From assembly GCA_964270895.1 (NCBI GenBank), contig OZ185435.1: DNA of 64,000 bases; one strand, given 5' to 3'. The number at the start of each line of letters is the position of its first letter. The stretch's first letter is position 1. A program made the translations under genes and the position numbers. The notes under the pieces were generated by a model. The model had not been told where the DNA came from, ran no database searches, and saw only the letters and a list, made by a program, of their open reading frames with translations. This document shows, one piece after another, positions 13,621-26,103 of this stretch. Source of the stretch: Podarcis filfolensis. Its lineage: Eukaryota.

Positions 13621-14194
13621 ATGCAGCTTTAAAGTCCTTCCCCCTGTCCTCGCTTCTGCATCATGGGGGACACCAAACCCCATAAATTGCTAGCCCCCTC
13701 TGCTGGGTTAATCCCCTGGTCTCTTGTCAGAGCCCTGCCAATGCCTGATACCCTCTCATGTTCTTGTATATTCAGAGATAGCCCGTGGATTGTTTTGAAT
13801 ATATTTTTTATTTTATTTTAAACAGCTTGCACATCCATTTGTTTCTAAAGCAGACATACATTATCACAGTGCGCCAGCTCATGGTGTATAGGCACCAGTA
13901 TTAAATGTGCATTTCAAGGCTGTGTGTACATCCCTACCTTTGTTGAGTTTGGGTGATCTACCCTACCATTATTTCTGCAGAGTTTGGGTACCATTATTTC
14001 TGCAATGGACAGGAAATTGGGTAGAACTGGACATAACAGAGGTTCAGGATTAATGTTGATGCTCATGGAACAATGTATGCATTAAACTGGCTGGATTATA
14101 ACTTCAAGCATCAGCAAGGATAGGAAACCTCAAGTTGGATTTAGCTAAACAGTAGTTCTTGTATGCATGTGGGAAGAATTCTGGTGCATGACTC

Positions 14195-14365
14195 TTGGTG
14201 AGGCAGGTTTATTTACAAACCATGTCGAGACAACTTAATCTCATTTTTTGACTGGATCATGAGCTTAACAACTGAAGGAAGTGTGATGTGCTTAGTGCAG
14301 CTTGACTTTATTCCAGAATTTGACATGGTCCTACATTGTGTTCTCATGGGGCAATTCACATTTCT
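14195..14365 (+). mobile_element. Old CR1 reverse-transcriptase fragment
   Basis: Degenerate ...NLISFFD....LDF..EFD.V.H motif (RT domain 2-3 region). Confidence 0.55.
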
Positions 14366-16026
14366 CTAGCTTTCCTTTATGCTGCAGAAACAAGATACAT
14401 AGCAGGTGCCTGCAGGCATAACACTGTGGGGACGTGTTTTTGTCAGATCTCTCTAGTTTAGCTACACTTGGTTTGGATTATGATTTGGTTTGATCCAAGT
14501 CTCTGAAGACAATGCTTAATTAATGAATTAAATTTGAAAGGAAGCATTCTTGTTCTGGCCATCATTTATGCAAACCTGCTAGAAGATGCAATTTACTTTT
14601 GTGTTGTTGTTGTTTTTAATGAAATGGTCTAACTGAGAAGGTAATACAAGTAACGTCAATATTAGAAATAGGCTGCCTAGCATACTGCCACATTTTTTGT
14701 TGTACACTTGAACATTTGATAATCACTGTTAGAAAGTACATATACCCAGATTATTATACAATAGTCTACCAACTGCACAGGCTGGCTACTATCAAGACTA
14801 ATAATTGGCTTCTGGCCTATGTATCTGTTAAATATAAGGCATAAAATAAACTGATAGCACTTCTTACATTCAGTCTTAAGGAATTTACGGTGCTGATGGT
14901 TCTCTGAAGTTTTGTCCTTGTCCTTGAGACTGCAAGTTTCATGCCGAAGCAGAAGCAGAAGCTTTTGGGTGCTGCTTTCATTGTGCTGCTGCCTTTTGTA
15001 TGCCCCGCTGCACACTGATCCCAGAATAGTACTGGAAGAACATTCTGCAGCATGGAGCTGCACATTTCCAGATGCACACTAGATGTACACAGCATATATG
15101 ACATGGATGTAGTTGAGGTCTGCATCATGGTGGATGACACTCCATTATTTTTTTAGTTTAGGAAGTTAACAAAACTGGGAGTTTGTTGTCTTGGTTGGGT
15201 GCTTGTGATGTAAATCACAAGATTTGCAGGCCTGTCCTAGTCTAAGCAGATCAGATCAGACAGACAGCAGGGCTTGCCATAAATATTTTTTTCTGCTAAA
15301 AGTTTTATCCCACTACATATTTTGAGTCTTTTTACTCCTAAGATAGCAATGAGAGACAAACTACATTACTGTTTCTCTTTTACCTTTATTGACTTGAGGG
15401 AGACCACATCAGAACAGTAAAAATACAATTTAGGGGGAAAATACAAGTCAGCTGGGTATGTTTAGTCTGGATTAAAGATGACTGAACAAAATTGTAATTG
15501 CAGACTAGTGTATAATGTAAAGGATGTTCAAAAGCAATGAGACATTTTCTCTCCTTAAGCAGGCAAGAAAGCAAGAGTAATTATCCAAGCCAGTGAGATT
15601 AATCCAAGACTCTATAATTGCTAATTAAAAATGGCATGTACATAAAAGGGCGACAGGGTTATATTTAGGTCTAAATATAAAAGAATTTTTTATGAGAACA
15701 TTAGTAATTGAAAAAAATACAGTAGGAATTATGTAACTATCAGTAGAACTATAATAAAATATGTATTCACCCTTTGGGAGCTAATCAAATTACTTTACAA
15801 AGATTAGGGAAAGTCTATAGGGCTGTAACATTAGCTAGGCCAAGATACAGCTAATCTTGAAACCATTTTAAACACAAATTTTAGGATTTCATTGAATTTG
15901 AAGGCTGCACTCCTGCATATAGTTAAGCCTGCTTATATCGCATAGAAGAGCATAGAATTTTATGAATCTAATTGTGTGCCATGTTAGCAATTTCGCTGCC
16001 AGTGGCAAGTTGTGGGTTTTACCTTA

Positions 16027-16392
16027 AGGTAAAGGTAAAGGTACCCCTGCCCATACAGGCCAGTCGTGTCTGACTCTAGGGTTGTGCGCCCATCTCACTT
16101 AAGAGGCCGGGGGCCAGCGCTGTCCGGAGACACTTCCGGGTCACGTGGCTAGCGTGACGAAGCTGCTCTGGCAAGCCAGCACCAGCGCAGCACACGGAAA
16201 CGCCGTTTACCTTCCCGCTATAAAGCGGTACCTATTTATCTACTTGCACTTAGGGGTGCTTTCGAACTGCTAGGTGGGCAGGAGCTGGGACCAAAAGACG
16301 GGAGCTCACCCCGCCACGGGGATTTGAACCGCCGACCATACGATCGGCAAGTCCTAGGCACTGAGGTTTACCCACAGCGCCACCCGCGTCCC
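16027..16392 (-). mobile_element. Full-length Sauria SINE, young
   Basis: tRNA-like head with A box ggtggcgctgtgg and B box ggttcaaatcc; BovB-like 3' end agagtcagacacgact; (ACCTTT)n tail; perfect 14-bp TSD tgggttttacctta at 16013-16026 and 16393-16406; many CpGs retained. Confidence 0.95.
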
Positions 16393-16566
16393 TGGGTTTT
16401 ACCTTAGAGTTAGTTAATACATCAGAAGTCATAATGAGGTACCGTCTCAATAAAAGGTTAATGTAAAGTGTGGAAAAGTTAGGGTTACTCACACCAGAGA
16501 GGAAATAACTTCCTCTGTAAAGTATTACAAAGCATAATTAAAGCTAGAACTACTGACCATATGGAA

Positions 16567-16667
16567 AAGGTGTGGGGAACCTCTGGCCCTCTATGGCCAT
16601 TGACCATGCCTACTAGGTTGATGGGAGTCATAGTTCAGCAACATCTGGAGGGCCGAAGGTTCCCCCA
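16567..16667. mobile_element. hAT MITE, internally deleted copy
   Basis: ggggaacctctggccctc...catctggagggccgaaggttcccc; same family as 59893-60028. Confidence 0.75.
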
Positions 16668-16689
16668 TATATATATATATCACATGATT

Positions 16690-16950
16690 TCCAAAGTAGG
16701 AGAGCCATGTTGAATCAAATTAAACGCCCATCTAGATCACCATCCTGTTCTTAAAGTGGTCAGTCAAATTTCTATGGGAAGCCCTGAGTGCAGCAGCTCT
16801 CTTCCCATTTACACATCCCTGCAACTGGTATTCAGAGGCATACTGCCTCCACTAATGGAGGTAGCCATCATGGCTAGTTGCCATCAATAGCTTTATGAAT
16901 TTGTCTAATCTTTTCTTAAAAAATATCAATTAAAGTGGGCCATTACTGAA
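16690..16950 (-). mobile_element. CR1 LINE 3' fragment
   Basis: gcaactggtattcagaggcatactgcctcc...gccatcatggctagt...atgaatttgtctaatc, the reverse complement of the CR1 3' end. Confidence 0.75.
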
Positions 16951-17829
16951 GAACAGCAGGGTGGTTGGCCATTGGACCAACTATTTGTCTTGTCTCCTTA
17001 ATCTGCTGGAGCCTGTCTTTGCATGCAGGGGAGGTCAGAGAGTATTGTATATACTTGGTGGTGCACAGAAGCTAAAAGACTTAAAATAAAATGTTAACAG
17101 TAATTAACAATATGAAAAGAATTTCAGAAATGGAATTTCCCTCACCCGTAGCGAAATACATCACAATAGATAAATTGTTGTGATTGAAGTTTTCAGATAA
17201 AAACTTTCACATTGAAATTTGGGGTGTTTGGAGCAAAAGAGGACTGAAATCCCCATTGAAATTCGAAAGATGGGGTGGGTAAGCCACCATTCCCCCACTA
17301 CATCCCCCCAAAATGTGTTCCTAGAATAGTAATACTTTTTGATGTAGTTTTGCACTAGTATGGATCTCTGCTTGAAAATGCAATCTAAAATTTTTAAGCC
17401 CATATGTCCATATTGGTATCATTCTGCTTTGATGGAAGGATGCTGTTGTAGTTAACTTTTCCTGCACTCCCCAATTTCACTCAACATATTTACCGATAAT
17501 TCCAGAATCTGTCTCCTAGTTTCATTATATTAAGGTTGCAGAATTGGAACAGGAATTTTGACTCAAGCTTAGCAAAGGAAGATAAAAAGGAGGTCTGCTA
17601 AAGACATAAAGAGGGAAAGTTCCAAGCATGAAGGTGCATGACAGAGAACTCACTCACAGAGGGGGTGGGGGCAGGTTCTATTTTAGATGGGTAACTGCTT
17701 GAAAATGCACCAAGCAGAGGACAGAGTAAAGGGATGACAGCTTCTCAGTGGAGGGAAGACAGCATTGGCAAACTCAGATATTGTCCAATTACTTGATCCA
17801 GATGGCTACTTAAGGATCTTCAACCAAGG

Positions 17830-18330
17830 GATCTTGTCAAAATGGTGAGTGACACTGAGTTATTCAGCATGATGAATTCTGAAGCACCCTGTGAAGTACT
17901 TCCAAAGGATCTCTCTAATAGGTGAATGGGCAGCAAAAGAACAGATGAGTTTCAATTCAAGTTAAGTACAAAATTATGCATTATGACCTAAACAAATCAC
18001 ATATATGTTCACAGTGTCTAAGGTTTTAGCTGGGCTTTGACTCCCCAGGAAAGAGATATTTTTGTGATGGAATATTCACATAAAATAAGAAACTCAGTGT
18101 GATCATGTCACTTAAGTGTTTTCCTGTGGAAGAAGAATTAAGCGATCAGAGCTTTTTTGCTTGGAGAAAAGTTGACATGATCTGAGAGACTAGATAGAAA
18201 TATAAAACAGCGTATGGTGGATAAAGTAGAATTGTCCTTTAGCATTCAAACAGGGGGGTCAACAAATTAAATAGGCTTGGAACTAGATTCAGGATATGCA
18301 AAAGAGAAACTTATTTTCATTCCACAAGGT
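17830..18330 (+). mobile_element. Old CR1 ORF2 fragments
   Basis: Degenerate motifs: L.KDLS....EWAA...M.F, QERD, F.LEK, and RF....KRN.F. Further CR1-like sequence near 18660-18755 follows an intervening repeat. Confidence 0.55.
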
Positions 18331-19739
18331 GATTAAGGCAGCTTACAAACAAAAAAATGTAAAATAAATTCATATGCAAAGACAGTATAAAAACTATATA
18401 AAAACTGCAACCAGCAAAAGAATCAACAACATTAAAAGATCAACAGTTCATTGGACAAAATATGGGAGTAATAAATAGGTAGGCACTACACAAATGTTTC
18501 TTTGTAGAACACCATCTTAAGCATCATCACTGAAATGTTCTATTCTGAGGTGCCATCCACCTAATCTCTGAAGACAGGGAAACGTGGAACAGAGTCTCAA
18601 ATATTGATTTCATTTAATGGGAAGGTTTGTGCAAGAGAAGGCAGTCTTTCAGGAAAATTATGGATTTCATGGCCACAAGATATACTGATGCCCCCTGGTT
18701 TCAAAGACTAGTTTAAGGATTGTAAACCAATCAACTGCTATTAGCCATAGCAGGTTTTTTAAAAGTATTTTATTTATATAGATAAAAACCAACAAAAATT
18801 GCAACTATATAATAACAGTACACCAGAAATATAAGGATATACAATCTGACAGCCCTGCCCAATGCGACTAAAGCCAACAGTTTTAAAAGTAGACAGCAGC
18901 ATATACTAAATTACAGTGTATAGAAAGACACACCACACTATTAACTGTAATGGTGATTGCTAAATGAAGCAATACTACCTCTGAGTATTGGACTTGCAAT
19001 GTATGTTAGCAGCCAAGTATGTTTTATTGGAAATTGGTTGTAAGCTAGCCACACTGTGATCTGTAGAGTCCAAAACAGACTGTGCAGGAACACAGGAGGG
19101 ACAGACGAACTTGCAAAGCAGAAGCTTGCCCTAGTGGTGGAGTGTGGCTAGAGTGCTAGTTATCAGAGTGAACTGGTACCAACATGGAGCGGAACCCTTG
19201 AGCCTGTTCAGAAAAAGGAACAGAGAGAGGGTGCAAATTTATCTTGTCAGTATTTAGAGGGGCCTCTTTCACAGTTTAACAAACAACAACAGGCCTGGGG
19301 AACAATATCTGCTTTTTTCATTGCTCATGCTACACTAGATGAAGTTTTAAATAAATTAGTATGGGATCTCTCATGTTCGGTTTAAACAGAAATCGATTAA
19401 CCTATAAAGAGCCAGGATCTGAACTTCTGAGTAGTTGGTAAACCTGATGAAATGTAATATCTAACCCAACTCACAGTGGAAAAAAGTAGAGTGAATAAAA
19501 TTTAATGCATGGTCAAGGAGGCCTGTGGAGACAGTATGGTAGTTTGAGGAAGAACAGAGGAAACTTTCTCAGAATTGTAATTATGATTAAACTCTGATGC
19601 AGATGTTAAGGGACTGGGTACTATGTGGAAGTAATGATGAAAAATGCAGAGACTGCTGTCTGAACAACAGTTAAACTTTTGCTTTTCTTCAGAACTGACC
19701 CTGGCTCACAAATCAGCAAGTAAATCTATATGAAATTTA

Positions 19740-20113
19740 CAGACCTTCCAAGTGTCTCTATTTTCCAGGGACAGTCCTGGATTTACAGAAGTCATCCTGG
19801 TATCTGATTTGATCCCACAATGTCCCACTTTTCCTTAGGACATCCCTATTTACACCAGAGAAATGTTGGAGGGTATGTGACCACTGAGCCAAGGAAATAA
19901 GTAACTATGCAACCTTTAGAAGAAATCTGAAGGCAGCCCTGTATAGGGAAGTTTTTAAGTGTTTAATGTTTCATTGCATTTTTTATGTGGAGGAAGCCAC
20001 CCAGAGTGGCCGGGGCAACCCAGTCAGATGGGTGTGGTATAAATAATAAAATGATGATGATGATGATGGAATAAAGTGTCCCTACTTTCACCAGAGAAAT
20101 ATTGGAGGGTATG
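19740..20113. mobile_element. Composite MITE: duplicated right end enclosing an L2 3' tail
   Basis: Imperfect TIRs cagaccttccaa / ttggagggtatg. The right-end 36-mer occurs twice (19841-19877, 20078-20113). L2 tail at about 19915-20068; flanking aattta duplicated. Confidence 0.7.
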
Positions 20114-20652
20114 AATTTAGAGGCACCGCTCGTGGAAACATGGGAATGGGGAAAAGTACACAGGTGACAATGTTTTTTAAATGCATAAACATACCTGAAG
20201 AAGGAAATTTGCATGCCCTGTGGAGGAATGCCTGCAGATTTAAAAATGTGAAATACCACCGTTGTGGTCTGACAGTTTAAATTAGAAGAATACGCAGCTT
20301 TAAATAAAAGGGTGCACCTATATCAAACAATGTGAAAAGCAATTTAATTCTCAAAGAATTCCCATGTATTAGAGGAGACAAATCCTGAAAATGATGAAGT
20401 GTGGCCTATACTATCTACAGTGTAAATGGAACCATAATCCCTAGGGATTGTTGTATTGGATACGAACAATAAGGAGGTAACATTTGAGCTGACTTAATGA
20501 CTCAGACATTATATAAAGACTTATGGAAACACAGAGGGGCATTTTCAATGCAAAACAGCAAGCTAGAATTGCATAAATATAACAGAAGAAACTCATTTAA
20601 GTTACTAGAAACCAGCAATGTGACTCTTTTCATAAGACAAAGGGAAGGCCAA

Positions 20653-20967
20653 TAGGGCTGGCTGCACCATTAGACGAAGTGAGGCAATAGCAGCATGTGG
20701 TAGATGCTGGTGGGCAGTAGCAAAGCCCCCCAAGCTATTTTCCTGAACCCCCGGCTGTTGCTCTGTGCTGGAGATTAGAGCTAATCGTTCCACAGGCTTG
20801 TCTTTTACTCCCTAAACTAGTTTTCTACCCTCATGTGTAGTGGAGGACACTGCCCTGTTGGCAGCATTGAAGTCAACATCCACTTGTGCAGACTTCTGTA
20901 CATGGAATGGGAGGGGATGCCATATTGTCCTTTGCCTCAGACAGCGAAATACCTTGGGCTGGCCCTG
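20653..20967. mobile_element. hAT non-autonomous element
   Basis: TIRs tagggctggc / gctggccctg and a perfect 8-bp TSD aaggccaa (20645-20652, 20968-20975). Confidence 0.85.
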
Positions 20968-21227
20968 AAGGCCAAAGTTGGCATGATGGCCCTTTCAAGC
21001 TGTTGTAAAATTATTGGTCTTTTGCAAAGAATAAAACTGATGACATGTTGGAGATGAACTGAAATTTGGTTGGTTTGTTTATTTAAAGAAAGCGTTCTGA
21101 GAGTGGGTTCTCCCCAAACTATTGGAGGATATTTCTGCAACATTGGCAGGAGTCCAGCTATTAAGTGGAGCAGGAGCCATACCTATGAACACCTCATGTT
21201 AGCTGAGAATTCAAAGTTGATGTTACT

Positions 21228-21229
<2 letters not shown>

Positions 21230-21280
<51 letters not shown>
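21230..21280. repeat. (CA)n(GA)n compound microsatellite
   Basis: Visible directly. Confidence 0.97.
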
Positions 21281-21281
<1 letters not shown>

Positions 21282-21473
21282 ATACTATTTTAATACTTAT
21301 TTAATTTGAAGTTTATTCTGCAGGTACTATATTCAATGGAGAGATTAGGCCAAGGAATTTTTTGGTGTATTAATCACAGAGGATTACAAAACGCAAATGT
21401 GTACAAAATGCAGTAGAACTTTTGAGCAGATTAAAGAGAAATGGGTGAGTGATTATATTTTATAACTACTACT

Positions 21474-21797
21474 CTTTCTTCTTTGGCAATCACTCGTAGC
21501 CGAGGATGATTGCCATCCATAAACATGGTTTTAACAGTGAGCCCGTAGATGACTGTGGAGGCCAGTTCTGGATCCACAATGGGGACATAGGTTTCCGGGC
21601 GGGAGTTGATCATGGTGAGGGTTTACCAAGCGTGCCTTCCTCTTAGTACATTTCTCTCTTTCGTCCTGAGTTCAAATGTCTTCAAAGTCTATGACACCTT
21701 TGATAAGGGCTGTTCTCCAATTGGAGTGCTCGCAGGCCAGTGTTTCCCAGTTGTCAGTGTTTATACTACATTTTTTTTAGATTTGCCTTGAGAGAGG
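21474..21797 (-). mobile_element. RTE-clade LINE (non-BovB) 3' fragment
   Basis: Minus strand translates KANLKKCSINTDNWETLACEHSNWRTAL...LPPGNLCPHCGSRTGLHSHLRAH (RTE C-terminus with C2H2-like finger); 13-bp TSD tataactactact at 21461-21473 and 21798-21810. Confidence 0.88.
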
Positions 21798-21800
21798 TAT

Positions 21801-21857
21801 AACTACTACTACTGGCATAACTCAAGGCATAACTACTACTACTACTACTACTACTAC
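21801..21857. repeat. Interrupted (ACT)n microsatellite
   Basis: Visible directly. Confidence 0.9.
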
Positions 21858-22193
21858 CTTTTTGGGCTCTTATGCATAATAATGCTTCTGAGCAGTCAGA
21901 GAGACAGACTAAGGTTCTTCAATTAATGCAGAAGATTTTTGCCTAACTTATCAACTGTTCTCTATTCTCTGTATAGCTTGATTAAGAAAAATGTCAAGTG
22001 GGATTGGGGATTTTCTAATGAAAAAGCTTTTGAGAACTCTTAAGTAATTACTATAGACCTCAGATGTTCTGCTGTACTAACAGCCTGAGAAGGAGTTGGT
22101 TTTCTCTCATGATGCTTCTTCTGGGAAGGAAATGCTGTCAGCTCAGTGGACTGAATATAGATCCAATAAACCCATAGAATTTGTGTTATGAAT

Positions 22194-22301
22194 GGTGACA
22201 AGTATCCAACCAAGTTAGAGTAGACCCATCGAAATCAATACACTTAGGTTACTTTATTTCATTGGGTCTACTCTTGGGGACGACTAACATTGGCTATCAC
22301 C
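22194..22301. mobile_element. Palindromic MITE
   Basis: Inverted arms agagtagacccatcgaaat / atttcattgggtctactct. Confidence 0.7.
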
Positions 22302-23176
22302 TCTTGCCGCTTGCTAAATGCAGGTATTCACAATTGAGCTAGAAGGGAGTGGGTGTTACATTTGGAGTACAGAAATGTAATACAGGTAGAGATAAATTTA
22401 CAAATTGGACTTAGCAGAAACCCCTGATTTCTTTATTTAGTAGCATTGAAGTAGTTCCAGAGGTGGGATGTGCTCTTGAGGCCTATGATTATGTAATTGT
22501 ATATAGACCCTGAAAGGAAATGTGTGATCTAGGTGCCCTGGGTTGATTGCCATTGCTACACCTACAGCAATACACCATGAAAACTGAGAATTACTGATTG
22601 ATTGCATTGATGCAGCCCAGTGACAGCCTTACACATAAAGTCTTGGACTGATTATATTGTCATTGATAGCCAAGGTCAGAGAGATTGTTCTGAGAGTATG
22701 GTCTTTTAAGAATTGAGGCTAAAGATTTTGCACCTTGTTATCTTTGTTTCAGGGGATAAAGTGTATATGTTGACGTATACTGTGGAGAGCCTTAATACTA
22801 ATTAAAGTAAGAAAAGGATATTGTATTAAATGAATGCTTATGAGCTCCCTGTAGAATTACCAGAATGGTGGCAGAAAATAGAGCTAGATATGAACTGCAC
22901 TCTCTGTGTGGCATTTTAAAAAAGAGATATCACGCCTCCCCTCCATAGTTGGGAATAGCCAGATAAAAACATGGAGAGAAAAATCCCTCTAGACCACTTC
23001 TCAGGAATAGTTTACATGCAAGAGATCCAGGTGCCAAAAAGGCCACCTACTATATGAGCTTGCCTGAATCCTGTGGTCATCTTCAAAGGCCCTTCCTATA
23101 TTATCTTGTTCTCATCTAAAGTGTTGTGGATTGTGACTCTTTTTCCCTTCTTTGCCACATTTTGCTAGATAAGTAA

Positions 23177-23458
23177 AGGTAAAGGGACCCCTGGCCATTA
23201 GGTCCAGTCGTGGCTGACTCTGGGGTTGCGGCGCTCATCTCGCTTTATTGGCCGAGGGCGTACAGCTTTCGGGTTATGTGGCCAGCATGACTAAGCCACT
23301 TCTGGCGAACCAGAGCAGTGCACGGAAACGCCGTTTACCTTCCCGTTGGAGCGGTACCTATTTATCTACTTGTGCTTTGACGTGCTTTCGAACTGCTAGG
23401 TGCACAGGAGCAGGGACCGAGCAAGGGGAGCTCACCCTGTCGTGGAGATTCGAACCGC
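23177..23458 (-). mobile_element. Sauria SINE, 5'-truncated near the B box
   Basis: Homologous to 16027-16392; (ACCTTT)n tail; perfect 13-bp TSD gctagataagtaa at 23164-23176 and 23459-23471. Confidence 0.93.
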
Positions 23459-25934
23459 GCTAGATAAGTAAGACACAGTAAAATGTCATCAGTGTTGTCT
23501 TGGGTGGACATCGTTAATTTAGGAACTGAATTAATACCTTGCACTTCCAAAAATAATATCATTTGTTTTTATAGCATTTGTGCAACAAAGAACTAAAAAA
23601 AAAACCTAGAAAGAATACCCAAAAGCAATGTAATGTTCTGATAAAAATCTTGAGCATTTACAAGGAAGCACATTGCAGACACAGTCACCTCTGAGACTGG
23701 AAGTCATTTACATCTTAGAATCCAACAATACAATTTTTAATACAAAGCCCTTTGTGCTACACATTATGTTGTGCTAAAATGACTAGAGAAACAGAATGGT
23801 GATAAGAGAAAAGGGGGCTGGGGGGGGGGCTGGGCTGAGACCCAATATCTTCTATGATGAGATAAACTTTATAAACGTTTTTTTAATTTTAAAAAATTAT
23901 CAGCTTTAGTTGAAACTTGTTTTATATATTTAACAAATTCCTTATGACATCGTATCCCTATAAAGCAATTGCCTGTCATCAAGGATGGCTGTCTATTTCC
24001 AATCCACCTCAGTTTTGCATGTGTTCATTCATAAGCCCATCCTGTCTCATTTCTCATTGTTTAAATTAAAGCATCATATTTAAATACTTATTAAAACTTC
24101 TACTGAATCCTAAAATGCACATTGAAAACAACATTTTGATACACAGGGTTGAGCAGAGAACTGAAACACAAAATTTGGGGAAATGCAAAATCTGAAGAAT
24201 AATTGTTTTCAGATGTGTGTATTAATGTGAAGGTGCAAATTAGGTAGGTTTGTTTACTAATGAGGACTGAATAAAATGCCCCTGCCCACCCATCAGTTAA
24301 ATGTTTCAAGGCCCAGGTAATGAAATTTGTAACTGGTGTGACCAAAAATGGAACAACTGTTTTTATAACCTGTAATAGGCCAGGTGTATAAAGCGGATGC
24401 CACATCTGCTCAGCAGCTTCCACCAAATGGAACAGAATCATGTGGTGTTATTTCTTTGCACCACACTGGGCACATGTATATGTGCAGTAGTGCAACATCT
24501 GGAATGAGAGTGTTCTTCCCACATTTATTTATTTTTAAAACCTGAATCTCAGTAATGGAGTGTTGACTGTCCTCCTTGAAAGGATTGTAGCTGGTGCAGA
24601 GGCTTTGTGTAGCTATGTACCTATGCTTTATAGTCAATGTGAAGGAGGACTTGAAAATGGTACCCTTCTCTTCCCAAATGTATTGGATAAAAAGAAAGAA
24701 ACATTGCATGCTGTGTAGATTATACATACACCACTTTGGCTTATACATGGTATGTTGAGCCAATAACACAGTCTTCATTCTGCATGAGGATATAGCTGCA
24801 TAATTAAGCTTCTTGAATAGCAGCTCTGTAATTGTGTAAGTGCTACAGTTATTTAACATTTCAATGAACCAGCATTTTACTACACAGCTTTGTTTTATGA
24901 CAAAGAAAATCAGTTAAATATATCACAGGAAAAAAGGATGGTTGCGAAATTGTACACAGAAAACGTTAGGACTGAGGGCCAATAGGCACTCATTGTATGG
25001 ACTTCGGCTCGGAATACGTGTGAAATAATACTTGTTCACTTGTTATGTTGAGTTGTATGTATATTTTTGTGTTCCAAGGAAAACTGAGTTACTGTAGCTA
25101 TGTTCTCATGAGTTTTCATATATTAAAAAATACTGTAGGGCACTGTATGTTCCAAACAAGTCCATAGTAGCCCATAATATGTTTGCCTTAGGATCATATT
25201 TTTATTTACTTAGTTTCCCCTCCCACTCCCCACCTCCCAATTGCCCATGAAAGAGTGTCTCACTAAGTGTGGCTAATTTGTATTTTCTAAATATAATCAG
25301 TTTATCATGTTGATTTGTGCAATCTTTTAAGTAGCTACAATAAGTAATAAAAATTGAATAATTTATATTGCTTGCCTTGATAACTTTTTATATGCAGTTT
25401 TTAAATGTAGTTTTTCATGTTCGCATATTTTACATTGTTTTTACGCAAGAATTATTATGGTAATTTAAATATTGCTGAGGAACATGCAATCATTATTTCA
25501 CACTATTGTTTTAATAATATAGAGTATTAAAACGTATAGCATAACAGTAGTTCATTTCTTAGCAATAGTTGGAATTGGACAGTACTGCTGAGAAAATCTA
25601 GTTAACCTTTTTTCCTTTCCTAATACAATTATTTAGAGAAGGGAATAATTTAAAGTGCTTTTAATTAAATGCTTGCAGTAGCCCCCATCCAACCAGGACA
25701 TGGGGAGGCATGGAGGGGAAAGAATAGAAAATGGGAGTTCAACTGGGCGAGCAGATTTCCATCGCATAAGCAGGTTGACATCAGAAGTGAATCCTAAGCA
25801 GAACATTTTCATTCATTTGGACACTTGTAAAAATAGTAGTGCCATTAGGCATTAACCAGAGATGTACTAACAATAGTTGATTTCTTTTACAGAATTAATA
25901 TTGTTGCCAGGTTCCATAAAGGGTTAGAATAATT

Positions 25935-26004
25935 GAATCATAGAATTGTAGAGTTGGAAGGGACCCCAAGGATCATCTAGTCCAACCCCTTGCAACGCAG
26001 AAAT
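25935..26004 (-). mobile_element. Short CR1 3' end (canonical ATTCTATG-type tail)
   Basis: Reverse strand ggggttggactagatgatccttggggtcccttccaactctacaattctatgattc. Confidence 0.85.
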
Positions 26005-26048
26005 AATGTTATCTAAAATTTCAATAATGAAGTGCATTGTGATCTGGT

Positions 26049-26049
26049 T

Positions 26050-26101
<52 letters not shown>

Positions 26102-26103
26102 TC
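26049..26103. repeat. (TTTC)n microsatellite
   Basis: About 13 perfect units. Confidence 0.97.

Noticed and set aside
14677-15140. Overlapping 128-aa and 107-aa minus-strand ORFs
   Set aside because: No recognisable domain or splice structure; consistent with chance ORFs.
16290-16392. tRNA-like A and B boxes (also at 42130-42183 and 47779-47840)
   Set aside because: These are SINE heads, not complete cloverleaf tRNA genes.
24100-24859. 113-aa and 149-aa minus-strand ORFs
   Set aside because: No motif I recognise in any frame and no exon signals.
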